The notes beneath the pieces are model-generated. The model ran no database searches. It was not told the DNA's origin and saw only the letters and a program-made list of their open reading frames with translations. Source: Histomonas meleagridis 2922-C6/04-290x (Eukaryota > Protista > Parabasalia). Taken from it: a stretch of DNA of 64,000 nucleotides. Both the position numbers and the translations under genes were made by a program. Shown piece by piece: positions 23,189 through 34,077 of the stretch. The stretch is from assembly GCA_020184695.1 (NCBI GenBank), contig JAANOX010000241.1:419450-483449 (forward strand). Reading direction: 5' to 3'. Each line of letters opens with the position of its first letter. The stretch's first letter is position 1.

Positions 23189-24559
23189 TTATTCAACATA
23201 TTTTATTGCTTCATATATTTTCGTTGCCATTCCATTTATTTCTTCATTTTCTGATGCCAACAAAACTTCCAATTCTTCTTTTCCGCCAGCTTGTACAAAT
23301 TCGGATAAAATATTTATATCTTCGAAATTATCTATTAGATAATCCAAAAGAATCAAAGAACATTTATTCATTTGTTCATCCTCAAACATCAAAAAGTCAT
23401 CCAAAATTTCGACGAATTTATTTTCCAAAAGTTTATTCCAGAACTCAGGATAATGATTTAATATCAAAGTTAAACAATAAAAACCAATTTTTTTCAAATC
23501 AAAATTCGAATTTTTAGCAAATTTAAACAATATCTCAATCAAATTTTCGAAATTTATGATATTCATTAGTTCACAAGAGTTTTGTATTATCATAACCAAA
23601 ATTTTACAAACACTATAACATATAATAAAATTATTCGACTCAATATGCTGAAGTATAATTTCGATGTCATCAATTAATAAAGTTTGAAGTTTAACATTAT
23701 CCTCACTACTAAATGCATAACAGATTACGTTCTGATATATATGAAATAAATACTTCAAATATGATATATCTGTTTGCGAAAGGTTTTTCTTAAGAAAAGA
23801 GTGAAAAATAGAATTTTGGAAATAATCACAAAAAAAAGAAGTAGTGTGATCTGATAGCTTAGAAAGAATAAGAAGACATGCATATTCTGTGTCAGGTGTA
23901 CAATGCTCTATGAGTGGAATTAAATAACTATAAAAAATTTGAATCTGATCATCGTCAAGTGGATATGAAAGAAAAGAAAAAAGAAGCTGATAAACTTGCT
24001 TTCTAAGTGCATTAGTGATCTCTTTGCTTTGAAGAAGTGAAATAAAATAATAATAATTAAAATTATTCATTATCTCGTCACGAACTTCATTTGAGATATT
24101 ACAAAGATTACTCAAGATTTTGATGTAATATTTAATGTAGTTCAGGTTTTGCATTGGTTGGCTAATAAGTTGTTGCAATATTGCAATGATGTTATTTGAA
24201 AATAATAATTCACAAAACTTTGGATCAGTAGATGTGACATTAACAAGTAGCTTTATGGTAATCGAAAATATATTTTCATCTTTAATATCTTGGCTTAATT
24301 GGTCAAGAAGAAGTTGAAGAAAATTTGTTTTTTCAAATATTTCATAATATTGAAACTTTCTACATTGTGTTGCCTGATAAATACTTGTTAGCATGTCATA
24401 AAATTGTTTTATATCTCTGTTTTCATAAAATGAAATTGCATCTGTAATAAATTTTGATAATTGATTGAATGTAAAAGGTTCTTGAGGTAGCTGTTTGATA
24501 AATTCTTTGGAATCTAGATCAATGATTATGTTTGTATTCGCAGGCTCTTTGTATTGCAT
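23189..24559 (-). CDS. ARM-repeat protein (importin-alpha-like fold)
   Basis: Helical repeats such as IKLLVNVTSTDPKFCELLFSNNII and ILSNLC; C-terminal GGKEELEVLLASENEEINGMATKI resembles the importin-alpha end; ATG at 24559. Confidence 0.6.
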   Translation of the reverse strand: MQYKEPANTNIIIDLDSKEFIKQLPQEPFTFNQLSKFITDAISFYENRDIKQFYDMLTSIYQATQCRKFQYYEIFEKTNFLQLLLDQLSQDIKDENIFSITIKLLVNVTSTDPKFCELLFSNNIIAILQQLISQPMQNLNYIKYYIKILSNLCNISNEVRDEIMNNFNYYYFISLLQSKEITNALRKQVYQLLFSFLSYPLDDDQIQIFYSYLIPLIEHCTPDTEYACLLILSKLSDHTTSFFCDYFQNSIFHSFLKKNLSQTDISYLKYLFHIYQNVICYAFSSEDNVKLQTLLIDDIEIILQHIESNNFIICYSVCKILVMIIQNSCELMNIINFENLIEILFKFAKNSNFDLKKIGFYCLTLILNHYPEFWNKLLENKFVEILDDFLMFEDEQMNKCSLILLDYLIDNFEDINILSEFVQAGGKEELEVLLASENEEINGMATKIYEAIKYVE

Positions 24560-24782
24560 GATTTTGGGATATAAATTTTGTTCAAACAAAGTTTCTTAAA
24601 TTGGCGCCATTTCATTAGATTAAAAAGATTAATTTATCTAATAAATTCATTAATTTATAGTTATATCAATAAAAACTTCAATTTCATGTAATTGATTTAC
24701 ACATCATTTATTTTATTGATTTTTTTTACACCTAATCAACACAAAAATTTGCATCAATGAAAAATTTATAATGTATTTATAT

Positions 24783-25607
24783 TTATTCTTTATTATTTTG
24801 TTTATCTAATTCTTCAAGTTTTTTCATCGCTTCAATAATTTCTTCAAGTGATGCGCCTCCCATTAATTCAACAGGAACAGCCGGATCTTCTTTCGGGTAT
24901 ACAAACACATCAGTTGAAACTTTTACCTTAATACCACTCATGTTTTTAATGTCATCCCAATCGAATAAACAAGAAGAAGTAGCATCATTCCATGGTGCGA
25001 TGTCGACAAGATGTGTTCGCATTTTTGGGCTAATATATAAATCTAAGATTAAATGACTATCTCCAAGAGTTTCTGCATACTTATCAATAAAATTTTGAAT
25101 ACAGTTTTGGATATCTTTTTCATCAATTTTACATGGAACATCACCGTATCTTGATGATACCCAATATTCCTTTGGGGTTTTATAGAAAACTCTAAATTCT
25201 CTGTCTCGTTTATAGTTAAAGTATTTCTTAAGAACAATTATTGGATTCAATGTTTCAGTAAATTCTTCCCCAAAAGGTTTGGTTAAATCAACAAGAACAC
25301 GTGTAGAAGCTTTAAGAAGGTAGATCACATCTTCAAATGTCTTAACTTCCATCGTTCTTTGTGGTCCAATCCATTGTGCATCAGTAGGAGCAGTAAAGTT
25401 TAACTTTACAAAAGCTGTTCCATTTAAATCTGAAATTGCATTTTTAACTTTAGCACATAAATCTGGAAACATTTGTTCATCAACAATAAATTCTCCTTTC
25501 ATTAAAAACTCTTTAAAGTCATTAGGGATTGGGATGAAATATCCTCTTACGGTGTCTTTCCTAAATATTGGATACCAATTATCAAAAGAGCACCTTCCGA
25601 TTTCCAT
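24783..25607 (-). CDS. CDC123: CDC123/D123 ATP-grasp protein (eIF2 assembly factor)
   Basis: CSFDNWYPIFR, AFVKLNFTAPTDAQWI, VLKKYFNYKRDREFRVF, LVDIAPW and LFDWDDI. Confidence 0.9.
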   Translation of the reverse strand: MEIGRCSFDNWYPIFRKDTVRGYFIPIPNDFKEFLMKGEFIVDEQMFPDLCAKVKNAISDLNGTAFVKLNFTAPTDAQWIGPQRTMEVKTFEDVIYLLKASTRVLVDLTKPFGEEFTETLNPIIVLKKYFNYKRDREFRVFYKTPKEYWVSSRYGDVPCKIDEKDIQNCIQNFIDKYAETLGDSHLILDLYISPKMRTHLVDIAPWNDATSSCLFDWDDIKNMSGIKVKVSTDVFVYPKEDPAVPVELMGGASLEEIIEAMKKLEELDKQNNKE

Positions 25608-25821
25608 GCGAATTCACAAAGTTTGTTAGAACAATACCGGTATTTTGGTGTATAGAAAAAGTTCAGTAAACTTTACAAATGTGAAATGTGATGTTAAATG
25701 ATTAAATTTTTTTGCTTCCAACTCATTCATTTAAGAAGATACGCAATTAGAAATCAATTGATCCATACATATCAAAAGTAACACAAAACTATTTATATCA
25801 AAATTTATATTTACAAAAAAA

Positions 25822-26793
25822 TTATTCATCTTTTGTACACAATCCAAAATCATGATATAAGTTATCAGGTAATTTTGGGTAAATTTCTTTCCCATGCACC
25901 ATTTGGAAATTATCACTTCTTCCAGAATGCCAAAACACTGTTTCTTTAAGTTTATGTGTTGCATGTGGGCATTTTTTTATTCCTGTAAAATTTAATGTTC
26001 GAATTCTTTCGAAATCATCATTTGAAAAAGAGTGACCCAGAAATTCTTTTTGTTCTATATCTTTCGCAGTTAAGTTCATTCTTTTTGTGAAGTTATATAT
26101 TACAACATCATCTCCTACATAATGAGAGACATAATAAGGTGTCATTGTGTCAAGTAAATCATAATATTTTTGCGCCGCTGCTCTTGAGATAAACCAACCA
26201 CTCCCACCATGAATGTAAAACGTCCCACCGATGTATGGACAAACTTGGCCTTTGAATACATATGTTGACGGTGAATATTGTGAAATCATTTTTTCATAAA
26301 ACTCGCCAAACAAGTCTAGATTAACATAACAATCTTCGGTAGCACGATATATCCATTGTAATGTTGTGTTTTCGAGAAAGTCTTTGACGGAATCATTGAA
26401 AAGATAAAATAGTTTTCGAAATCCGCCATTAACATATTTTGGATTAACGAGTGTGATGTTTTCGAAAGGTTTGTAGGGTGTAGCAGAAGAAAATTTAAGG
26501 ACTCCGCCATACCTTTCAATAAATTCTCTCCCCCATGTTTCGTATAGAAGAACCGAGCGCGTCCAATCTTCTGTTGTAACAAGCGCTGCAACATAAACAG
26601 ATAATTTTTGTTGAATGGATATAATTTTGGATAACGGGACGAAATCGAAACTCTTCATAAAATAAAATAACAAGAATAATGGAACAAAGGAGAAAGCAGA
26701 TATTTTTAAAAAATAAATATTGCGCCTAGAGGTTAAATGATTTAGTGGCATGAGGGGTTCGATGATGGAATAGCCCGTTAGACATCCAACCAA
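25822..26793 (-). CDS. GT31 (fringe/beta-1,3-galactosyltransferase-like) type II membrane protein
   Basis: Signal anchor, TWG, WIYRATEDCYVNL, HGGSGWFISR and GDDVVI motifs typical of GT31. The start codon is uncertain. Confidence 0.7.
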   Translation of the reverse strand: MVGCLTGYSIIEPLMPLNHLTSRRNIYFLKISAFSFVPLFLLFYFMKSFDFVPLSKIISIQQKLSVYVAALVTTEDWTRSVLLYETWGREFIERYGGVLKFSSATPYKPFENITLVNPKYVNGGFRKLFYLFNDSVKDFLENTTLQWIYRATEDCYVNLDLFGEFYEKMISQYSPSTYVFKGQVCPYIGGTFYIHGGSGWFISRAAAQKYYDLLDTMTPYYVSHYVGDDVVIYNFTKRMNLTAKDIEQKEFLGHSFSNDDFERIRTLNFTGIKKCPHATHKLKETVFWHSGRSDNFQMVHGKEIYPKLPDNLYHDFGLCTKDE

Positions 26794-27447
26794 TTATCTT
26801 CTCAATTTATAAGTTGATCAAAATGGATTGAATTTTTGGTTTACAAATTTCAGATTCAAAATAGGTTTACGAACTTTTTTCAGCATAATGTTTCCCTGCT
26901 GAGAACGGACTCAAAGAATGGATGTTAGATTATCCCAAATGCACTTATGCGCTTTTGTGGATCTGCTTCAAGTGTTCTTTTGAAGATATTTTATTGTTTC
27001 CAATTTGATTTGTATAGGTTTAAACAGTTGTTAAATATATGCATATAGTTCAAAAACATCGGAACATTTTTTGTAGTTGACACACTCTTTTAACTTTGTA
27101 AGTTGTGTGAATATCTTCACCATGCTTTAGAAAAATAATATTTCTATATATTTTATCCATCCGCTGAAATTAATCACAATCATACATTAATTTCAGCATA
27201 TTCGACATTTATATCATTTTATAAAATTTATGGAAATAACAACACTATTCCTTGGTTACACAAAGATGTTTATCTTCTTGCTAAATTTTTTCGTACGTAA
27301 CATAAAAAAAAAAAATAACAATTTATCAAACAAAAATTTATTTATTTCCTTAAAATATTCAAACATAATCATAAACATAACGTGGTGAGGATAATAGTGT
27401 TTATATAAATTTATCTATAAGAATGAAAATAAGTGCATTTGATTATT

Positions 27448-29195
27448 TTAGCTCAAAACACAATCTTTGGTTTTCGAAAATATTTTGAATAAATTCCAAA
27501 TTATTAATATAAATTTTAAACAAAATAAATAAAATTTGTTAGTATTACTATTGTTTTGAAATTCAAGAAGTAAATTGGCAATTGTTGTGTTTCCTTTATC
27601 ATTTGCCCACATAAGTGCTGTTTTAAATAATTTAAATAATTTCCAAATATTATTTTGAAACATAAAATTATTAAAATAAATATAAAATAAAACAAACAAA
27701 TATCTTTATCATTAATATCAATTCCTTTTTGTTCAAGAAGTAATTTAACGATTTCTGTATGACCCTTTATACATGCCCAAATAAGTGCTGTATCAAATAA
27801 TTTGAATAATTTCCAAATATTATTTTGAAATATTAAATTATTAAAATAAATTTTAAATAAAACAAATAAATATCTTTAGCATTAATATCAATTCCTTTTT
27901 GTTCAAGAAGTAATTTAACGATTTCGATATGATCATTCTCAGATGCTAAAATAAGTGCTGTATCAAATAATTTAAATAATTTCCAAATATTATTTTGAAA
28001 TATAAAATTATTAAAATAAATTTTAAATAAAACAAATAAATATCTTTAGCATTAATATCAATTCCTTCTTGTTCAACAAGTAATTTAACGATTTCGATAT
28101 GATCATTTGAAGATGCTAACATAAGTGCTGTTTTAAATAACTTAAATAATTTCCAAATATTATTTTGAAATATAAAATTATTAAAATAAATTTTAAATAA
28201 AACAAATAAATCTCTTTAGCATTAATATCAATTCCTTCTTGTTCAAGAAGTAATTTAATTGTTTCTGTATGACCATATCTAGATGCATACATAAGTGCTG
28301 TTCTAAATAATATAAATAATTTCCAAATATAATTTTGAAACAAAAAATTATTAAAATAAATTTTAAATAAAACAAATAAATATCTTTAGCATTGGTATCA
28401 AATCCTTTTTCTTCAAGAAGTAATTTAACTATTTCTGTATCACAATTTGTAAATACAAGCATAAGCTTAGTTTGAAATATACTTAATAAAATTCAAGCTT
28501 TATATTAAAAATTCCAATCATAAAAAAAAACAACAAATAATTTAAATAAACGTCTTTTGAATTTATATCTATTTCTTTTAGTTCAAGAAGCAATCGAAAA
28601 ACATCAAATTGATTGTTTTCTAATGCTTGTTCCAATGCATTTCGAAATCAATGATAAAAAATCCAAAAATTATAAATATACATAAAGTAATTAATATAAA
28701 TAATATTTTTATAGTTTAAATATATCCCATGTTCAATCAACATTTTAACTACTTCAATATAACCTTTCTTACATGCTCCATTAATCACACTTTCAAATAA
28801 AAATAAGAAACACCAAAATATTATAAAAAACTAATTTAAATCAATATGAAATACAGTTTTCACATTAACATCAATTCCTTTTTGTTTAAGCAAAAATCGA
28901 ACAGTTTCAACCTGATTTCCAGAACATGCATAATAAAGTGGTGTATAACACTTATAAAAGAAACGCCTTAAAAATATTTAAAACATTAAAAAATTATTTT
29001 GGATTTGAAATTTTTTTTTAAAACATTTTTGATATTAACACTCATTCTTTTTTCTTTAATAAAAAATTTAACAATATTAATGTAACCTTTAAAACATGCG
29101 ATTTGAAAAGCTGTTTGAAATAATATTAAGGAAATCTCAATTTAAATTGAAAACATAAAATCAAAAAGTTTAAACTTTAAATAGAAAAAATAAAA
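27448..29195 (-). repeat. Interrupted ankyrin array A: 10 units of ankyrin repeat plus AT-rich spacer
   Basis: Thr-position codon starts at 29114, 28944, 28791, 28641, 28471, 28301, 28131, 27961, 27791, 27621 (spacing 170,153,150,170x6). Each unit translates to TALxxAxxxGHxEIVKLLLEQxGIDINAKDI-like peptide without stops. Confidence 0.92.
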
Positions 29196-30359
29196 ATCTT
29201 CGAAATTAATATCAATACCATTTTGTTCAGATACATATTTAACAAGATCAATGTTTCCTGAAGAAGTTGATTCAATTAGGAGATTATTTGGAATATAATT
29301 ATTTTTATTGATGAAATATTTGACGAAGAAAAGATTTCCAAGTTTTGCAACCTCTAAAATGTTTTCCCTATCGATTTTTATACCACTTTCTTCCAAAAAT
29401 GAAAAAACTTCATAATTAAAAGATGTAATACATGACATTACAGCTTCTTCTGGTTTAGTAAAATTAAGAATTTTATTTTCGTAAATATATTTAAAGATAT
29501 CATTTCGGTGAAATTTAATTGCTGTTTCATATGCACCTTCAAACGATGAATGATTTTGTTCACATAAATGAATAATTTCTTCATTTCCACCTGCAACTGC
29601 ATATTTACCTGTGTTTTCTACTTTTGCACCATTCATAAGTAAATATTTAAAACATTGAACTGAAGAAAAAAATGCTGCATAATCAATTAATGTAACATTT
29701 TTATGATTAACAAATGAACATCTTTCATAAAGTGATGGTTCAATTGTTTGATTAAAATCAAAATTTGCTTGTGATGATATTTCTTGAAGTTTTTCGATTT
29801 CATCAGATCGAATTATTTTTGCAATTTCATTGGGATTAACTCCTTCTTCAATTAGTTTTTTATGAAGTTCCCAATCATTCTTTGAAAGTTCACTCAAGTT
29901 TTCATTAAAGAATTTCTGAAATTGTTCTTCTTCTTTCAATACATGGAAATCTTTTTTTGAAAGATAACTAATAAACAAAAATGTTGTCTTAGCTTTTGCA
30001 ATTTCTTTACTAATAATATTTTGTTCAATTAGTTTTTCTAAAAAATAGTAAGATTCGTGCGATTCATTATTAAGAAGAACTTGAGTAAAAATTTCAAAAA
30101 TTTTGTATTTGGTTTTTTCATAAATAAAATAAATAAATTGAATATAAAGAGAAATATTCATGGGTTTAGATAAAAATAATGAATATATTAATTGACATAC
30201 AATGAGAATAAAAGAATTTTGAAAATTGGAATTATATAAATTCATTAGGAGTTCAGTAACTTCTTTTATGTTATCATCATTTAACTTGTAAACAATTTGT
30301 TCAATTTCTTGTAGGTATTTCAACCCATGATCACTGTTCTTTGCCTCAGAACATTTCAT
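29142..30359 (-). CDS. DUF3447-type ankyrin protein, head ORF of array A
   Basis: LSKNDWELHKKLIEEGVNPN, PSLYERCSF, TLIDYAAFFSSVQCFKYLLMNGA and AVAGGNEEIIHLCEQ. The ORF stops inside the first spacer after GIDINFED. Confidence 0.85.
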   Translation of the reverse strand: MKCSEAKNSDHGLKYLQEIEQIVYKLNDDNIKEVTELLMNLYNSNFQNSFILIVCQLIYSLFLSKPMNISLYIQFIYFIYEKTKYKIFEIFTQVLLNNESHESYYFLEKLIEQNIISKEIAKAKTTFLFISYLSKKDFHVLKEEEQFQKFFNENLSELSKNDWELHKKLIEEGVNPNEIAKIIRSDEIEKLQEISSQANFDFNQTIEPSLYERCSFVNHKNVTLIDYAAFFSSVQCFKYLLMNGAKVENTGKYAVAGGNEEIIHLCEQNHSSFEGAYETAIKFHRNDIFKYIYENKILNFTKPEEAVMSCITSFNYEVFSFLEESGIKIDRENILEVAKLGNLFFVKYFINKNNYIPNNLLIESTSSGNIDLVKYVSEQNGIDINFEDFYFFYLKFKLFDFMFSI

Positions 30360-30957
30360 TTGAATATCCGACCGTTATAAACCGAACAAATTTTGAGTGT
30401 GTATTCAAATAATATTCCGTCATAAACTATTCAAATATTCATGGTACATCTTGTGATGACTTTTAAACTTTGGTTTATGGTGGGCGCAAATCTCCATTTT
30501 TTGTCCTTGAACGAAAAGGAACTGTTTTCGTAAGCAAATGTTCTTTTTATGAAAACGTTTATATGTGACCGTTTATATTCGCACCAAAAAAATTCAAAGC
30601 ATACTCAAATTTTCAGAATAACGATAAATATTTTGAATACCATTCAAACTTGCACACCAAATTGCCGGTTTTTCAAAGTGTATCGTTGATGCCCACCCCA
30701 TTCAATTTTGCCCATGGGCAGCCTTGTGAACCGTGGAGCCCCTGGTTAAAGTTAAAATGGAATATTTTATCATGTTCATATTATTTGTATGACATTATTT
30801 CATTTAAATGCCAAAAATTTCAAAATGGGATTTTAAAATATGATAATTCACTAAATAGCATTTATTTAATATTTTATATTAAATAGGTTTAAAATGAGTT
30901 CTTTCATATATTTTCAGTGCGATTATTTTGTGAACCATTAGAAGCATTTTATTTAAA

Positions 30958-32867
30958 TCATATCCAATTATCTGTTTCATTATTGATAAGATTAGTTATT
31001 CCTTTGTCAACATTTTCTGATATATTATATGAAGAAGATTTAGATGGAACATTAGATGTTGATTTTGAAATATTATTTTGACCTTTGCGGATTACAAATA
31101 TTATAATACCAATAATCAATAAAATTACAATAACAGAACCACATATAATACCAATTAAAACATTTGTTGGAATTTGATTTTCTTGTGTTTTAGTTTGTGG
31201 AAATATAGTAAAGTAATTGGAATAATAGAAATAATAAGTAGAATATTGATAAATAGAATATTCGTAATATATAAATTGAGAGTTAATATATGTCGATATT
31301 GAATCAGTATAAGTAAATGTGAATGAATGTGTTGAAAATTTGTTATGTAATGTTAATGTTTGCGTAATTGAATAAGTTTTAGTTAATATATATGAAAACG
31401 AAAATGTTGTTGGAAAATGTGATAAGTCTGCAAAAGTATTCGACTTAGTAAATGAGTTCGATTTTGTAATTGCATAAGTATTAGAAAATGTGTTTGGCTT
31501 AGTAAATGTATCGGAATTAGAAAAGGAATTAGTAAATGGATGTGTTGGCCATTGATACGTTTCGCAATCTTCAATTGAAGAACCTTTGGATACGCTAAGA
31601 TTACCAAATGTTATGTTTTGATATAAATCTGATGTCATAACATATTTCGCTGGTGTATCAACAAAAGAATTGGGATCTATTTCTATTGGATGTTGATATC
31701 CAGTGAAATAAATACATTTGAGATTTTTACATTGAAATGCAGAACCTCCAATTGAAGTTACATTTTTCCCAATAATAGCTGTTGTCAAATTATTACAAGA
31801 TTGAAATGCAGATAATCCAATTGATATAACTGAATCAGGAATTGTAATATTAGTTAATGAAGAACATTCAAAAAATGCATGGCCCTCAATTGTGTTAACA
31901 TTTTCACCAATAATAACTGTTTCTAAATTAAAACAGTAACCAAATGCAAACGATCCAATCATTGTAACTGATACTGGTATTATAAATGTAGTTATTAAAA
32001 ATCCAGAAAATGCATGATTCCCGATTGTATTAACAGTTTCTGGCATTTCAAATGTTTTGTTCGTAATTCCTATTGGATAACAAACAATTGTTGTAAAGTT
32101 TTTATCATAAAGTACTCCATTATCACTATTAGAATAATTTTTATTTTCTTTCGATACATTGATAAATTGAAGACTTGAACATCCTTCAAAAACACCTGAT
32201 CCAATGGATGTTACTGATTTTGGAATTGTTATGTTTTTTAAAGATTTGCAATATATGAATGCATTAGAACTGATTGTTGTCACATTTTCTCCAATAAGAA
32301 CTATTTCTAAGTTACATTTATAAAATGCAAATTCTTTTATTATTGTAACTGAACATGGAATTGTTATATTTTTTAACCAACAACATCCATAAAATGCAGA
32401 AGTATCTATTATTGTAACAGTGTTTGGTATTTTGAATGTTTCATTTGTAATCCTGCTGGATAACAGATAAGGGTTGAGATATTCCAATCATAAAGAATAC
32501 CATTATCACTTTTATAATGATTGTTATTTCCATCTGATACATTAATAAATTCTAGACTTGAACATCCTATAAAAACATTTGTTCCAATAGAATTTACTGT
32601 ATTAGAAATTGTGATGTTTTTCAATGAGGTACATCCTTCAAATGCACTTCCTTCAATTATTGTGATAGGTTCATTAATTTGTACTGAAACCAATCCAGAC
32701 CAGTCAGTGAATGCACGACTTTGAATAATATTAATACCAGAAATCATAAGATATTGAGTTTTACTTTTATATTTCTCTATGTCTTTATATTCAGTCTCAT
32801 TAGATATATTAAGTGTATTTGTTGCATTGTTGAATGTTTCTAATGACGGCGTGAAAAAAAAAAACAA
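30958..32867 (-). CDS. BspA-like LRR surface protein with S/T stalk and TM helix, split by one frameshift near 32455
   Basis: TpLRR repeats (LKNITIPKSVTSIGSGVFEGCSSL) in ORFs 32409-32867 and 30958-32487; FTKSNTF stalk; TM VLIGIICGSVIVILLIIGIIIFVI; tail DNWI. Confidence 0.85.
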
Positions 32868-34077
32868 ATGAAAAAAGAAAATCTTTGTGATAAATTCCTT
32901 TGGAAATAGTATTTTTAATTATACTCATCTTCTTAAATATAATCGAAAATAAAAGCAAAATACAAACAAAAAACTTGATAAAAAATAAAGAAGTTTGAGG
33001 AAAATCAAAAAAGAAACTTAAGAACATATGAAAATTAGAAGAACATTTTGTGGGTGCTTTGAAAAAGAATTTTGCATTTCCTGATGTAGCAGGTTTAGTA
33101 TAAGTTAAATCATTTTTAGGTAATGACAAGGTTGATAAATACTGTTTTTCAGGTTTGTATCTTGCAAAAATATTCAATACTTTTAAACCATTACTTGTTA
33201 AATTATAATTTGAAGAATAATGACCGTATGTAAGTAGATCAAAATCTTTTTCTTTGCTCAACAACTGATGCTTTATTCCTTTGTCTATTATTTTCGAATA
33301 AGCATTATTTATAAGTTTGGATTTTTGTTGAAATGTGTTGTTCAATATTAGTGACATATGAGATAGCAGCCGTGTACACTTATAGAGTATGATCAAAAAT
33401 AAGCAATGGCTTATGATATTCAAAGATTTCCATGAGAACATGATCAAGTCTGGTTCTTATGAATGTTTCTACTGGGCAAGTAACAGTTTTGATAGAAATT
33501 GAATGTATCCAAATTTTACAATGTATCAAACATATCAAAAAGTTAGCAAAATGTGATGAAAAATCCGCTTTTCATTCATTTTATTCAATTTAAATTGAGC
33601 ACAAAAAATTAAAAAAAGCGATCATATTTTACTCAATCTTTTACGAGATTGATTCAAATCGGGACAAAGTCTGACTTCACAGATATATTTCAAAATTTAA
33701 CATCAATATACATATATAGTTGCAGTGATAAATTCCTAATGTAATCTTATGTTTAACGTTGAATAAAAAGGCATTTAAACTCTATAATGGAATAAGTATC
33801 AATATATTGTGATCTATAATATGTGATTTTCAGTCTTCGAAAGTTATGTTTTACATTTTATGCTACAACATTTTATTCGATTTTTTTAGGTATTGAAAGC
33901 CAATAAATTTTGTTTCATTCTAATTTTTTGGTTCTATGAGACAACCATCCAGCATCTAATGACATTTTTTTAAATTTACTAAATTTCATTCGATACCATT
34001 AAATTCCCTCAATTTTCAATTAAAAACTCATGTTCCATAAATACATATCATCAAAATAATTTATCATTAATTAATAT

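Noticed and set aside
26880-27300. Coding-like plus-strand fragments
   Set aside because: Interrupted by stops and not assignable to any family by eye.
27448-28500. CRISPR-like reading of the repeat/variable-unit arrays
   Set aside because: The variable parts are homologous ankyrin codons, not unrelated spacers; the period is 170 nt; the context is eukaryotic with no cas genes.
32809-33447. 212-aa minus-strand ORF
   Set aside because: Non-ATG start, low-complexity F/I/K-rich end overlapping the BspA leader; probably a fusion of degraded fragments.
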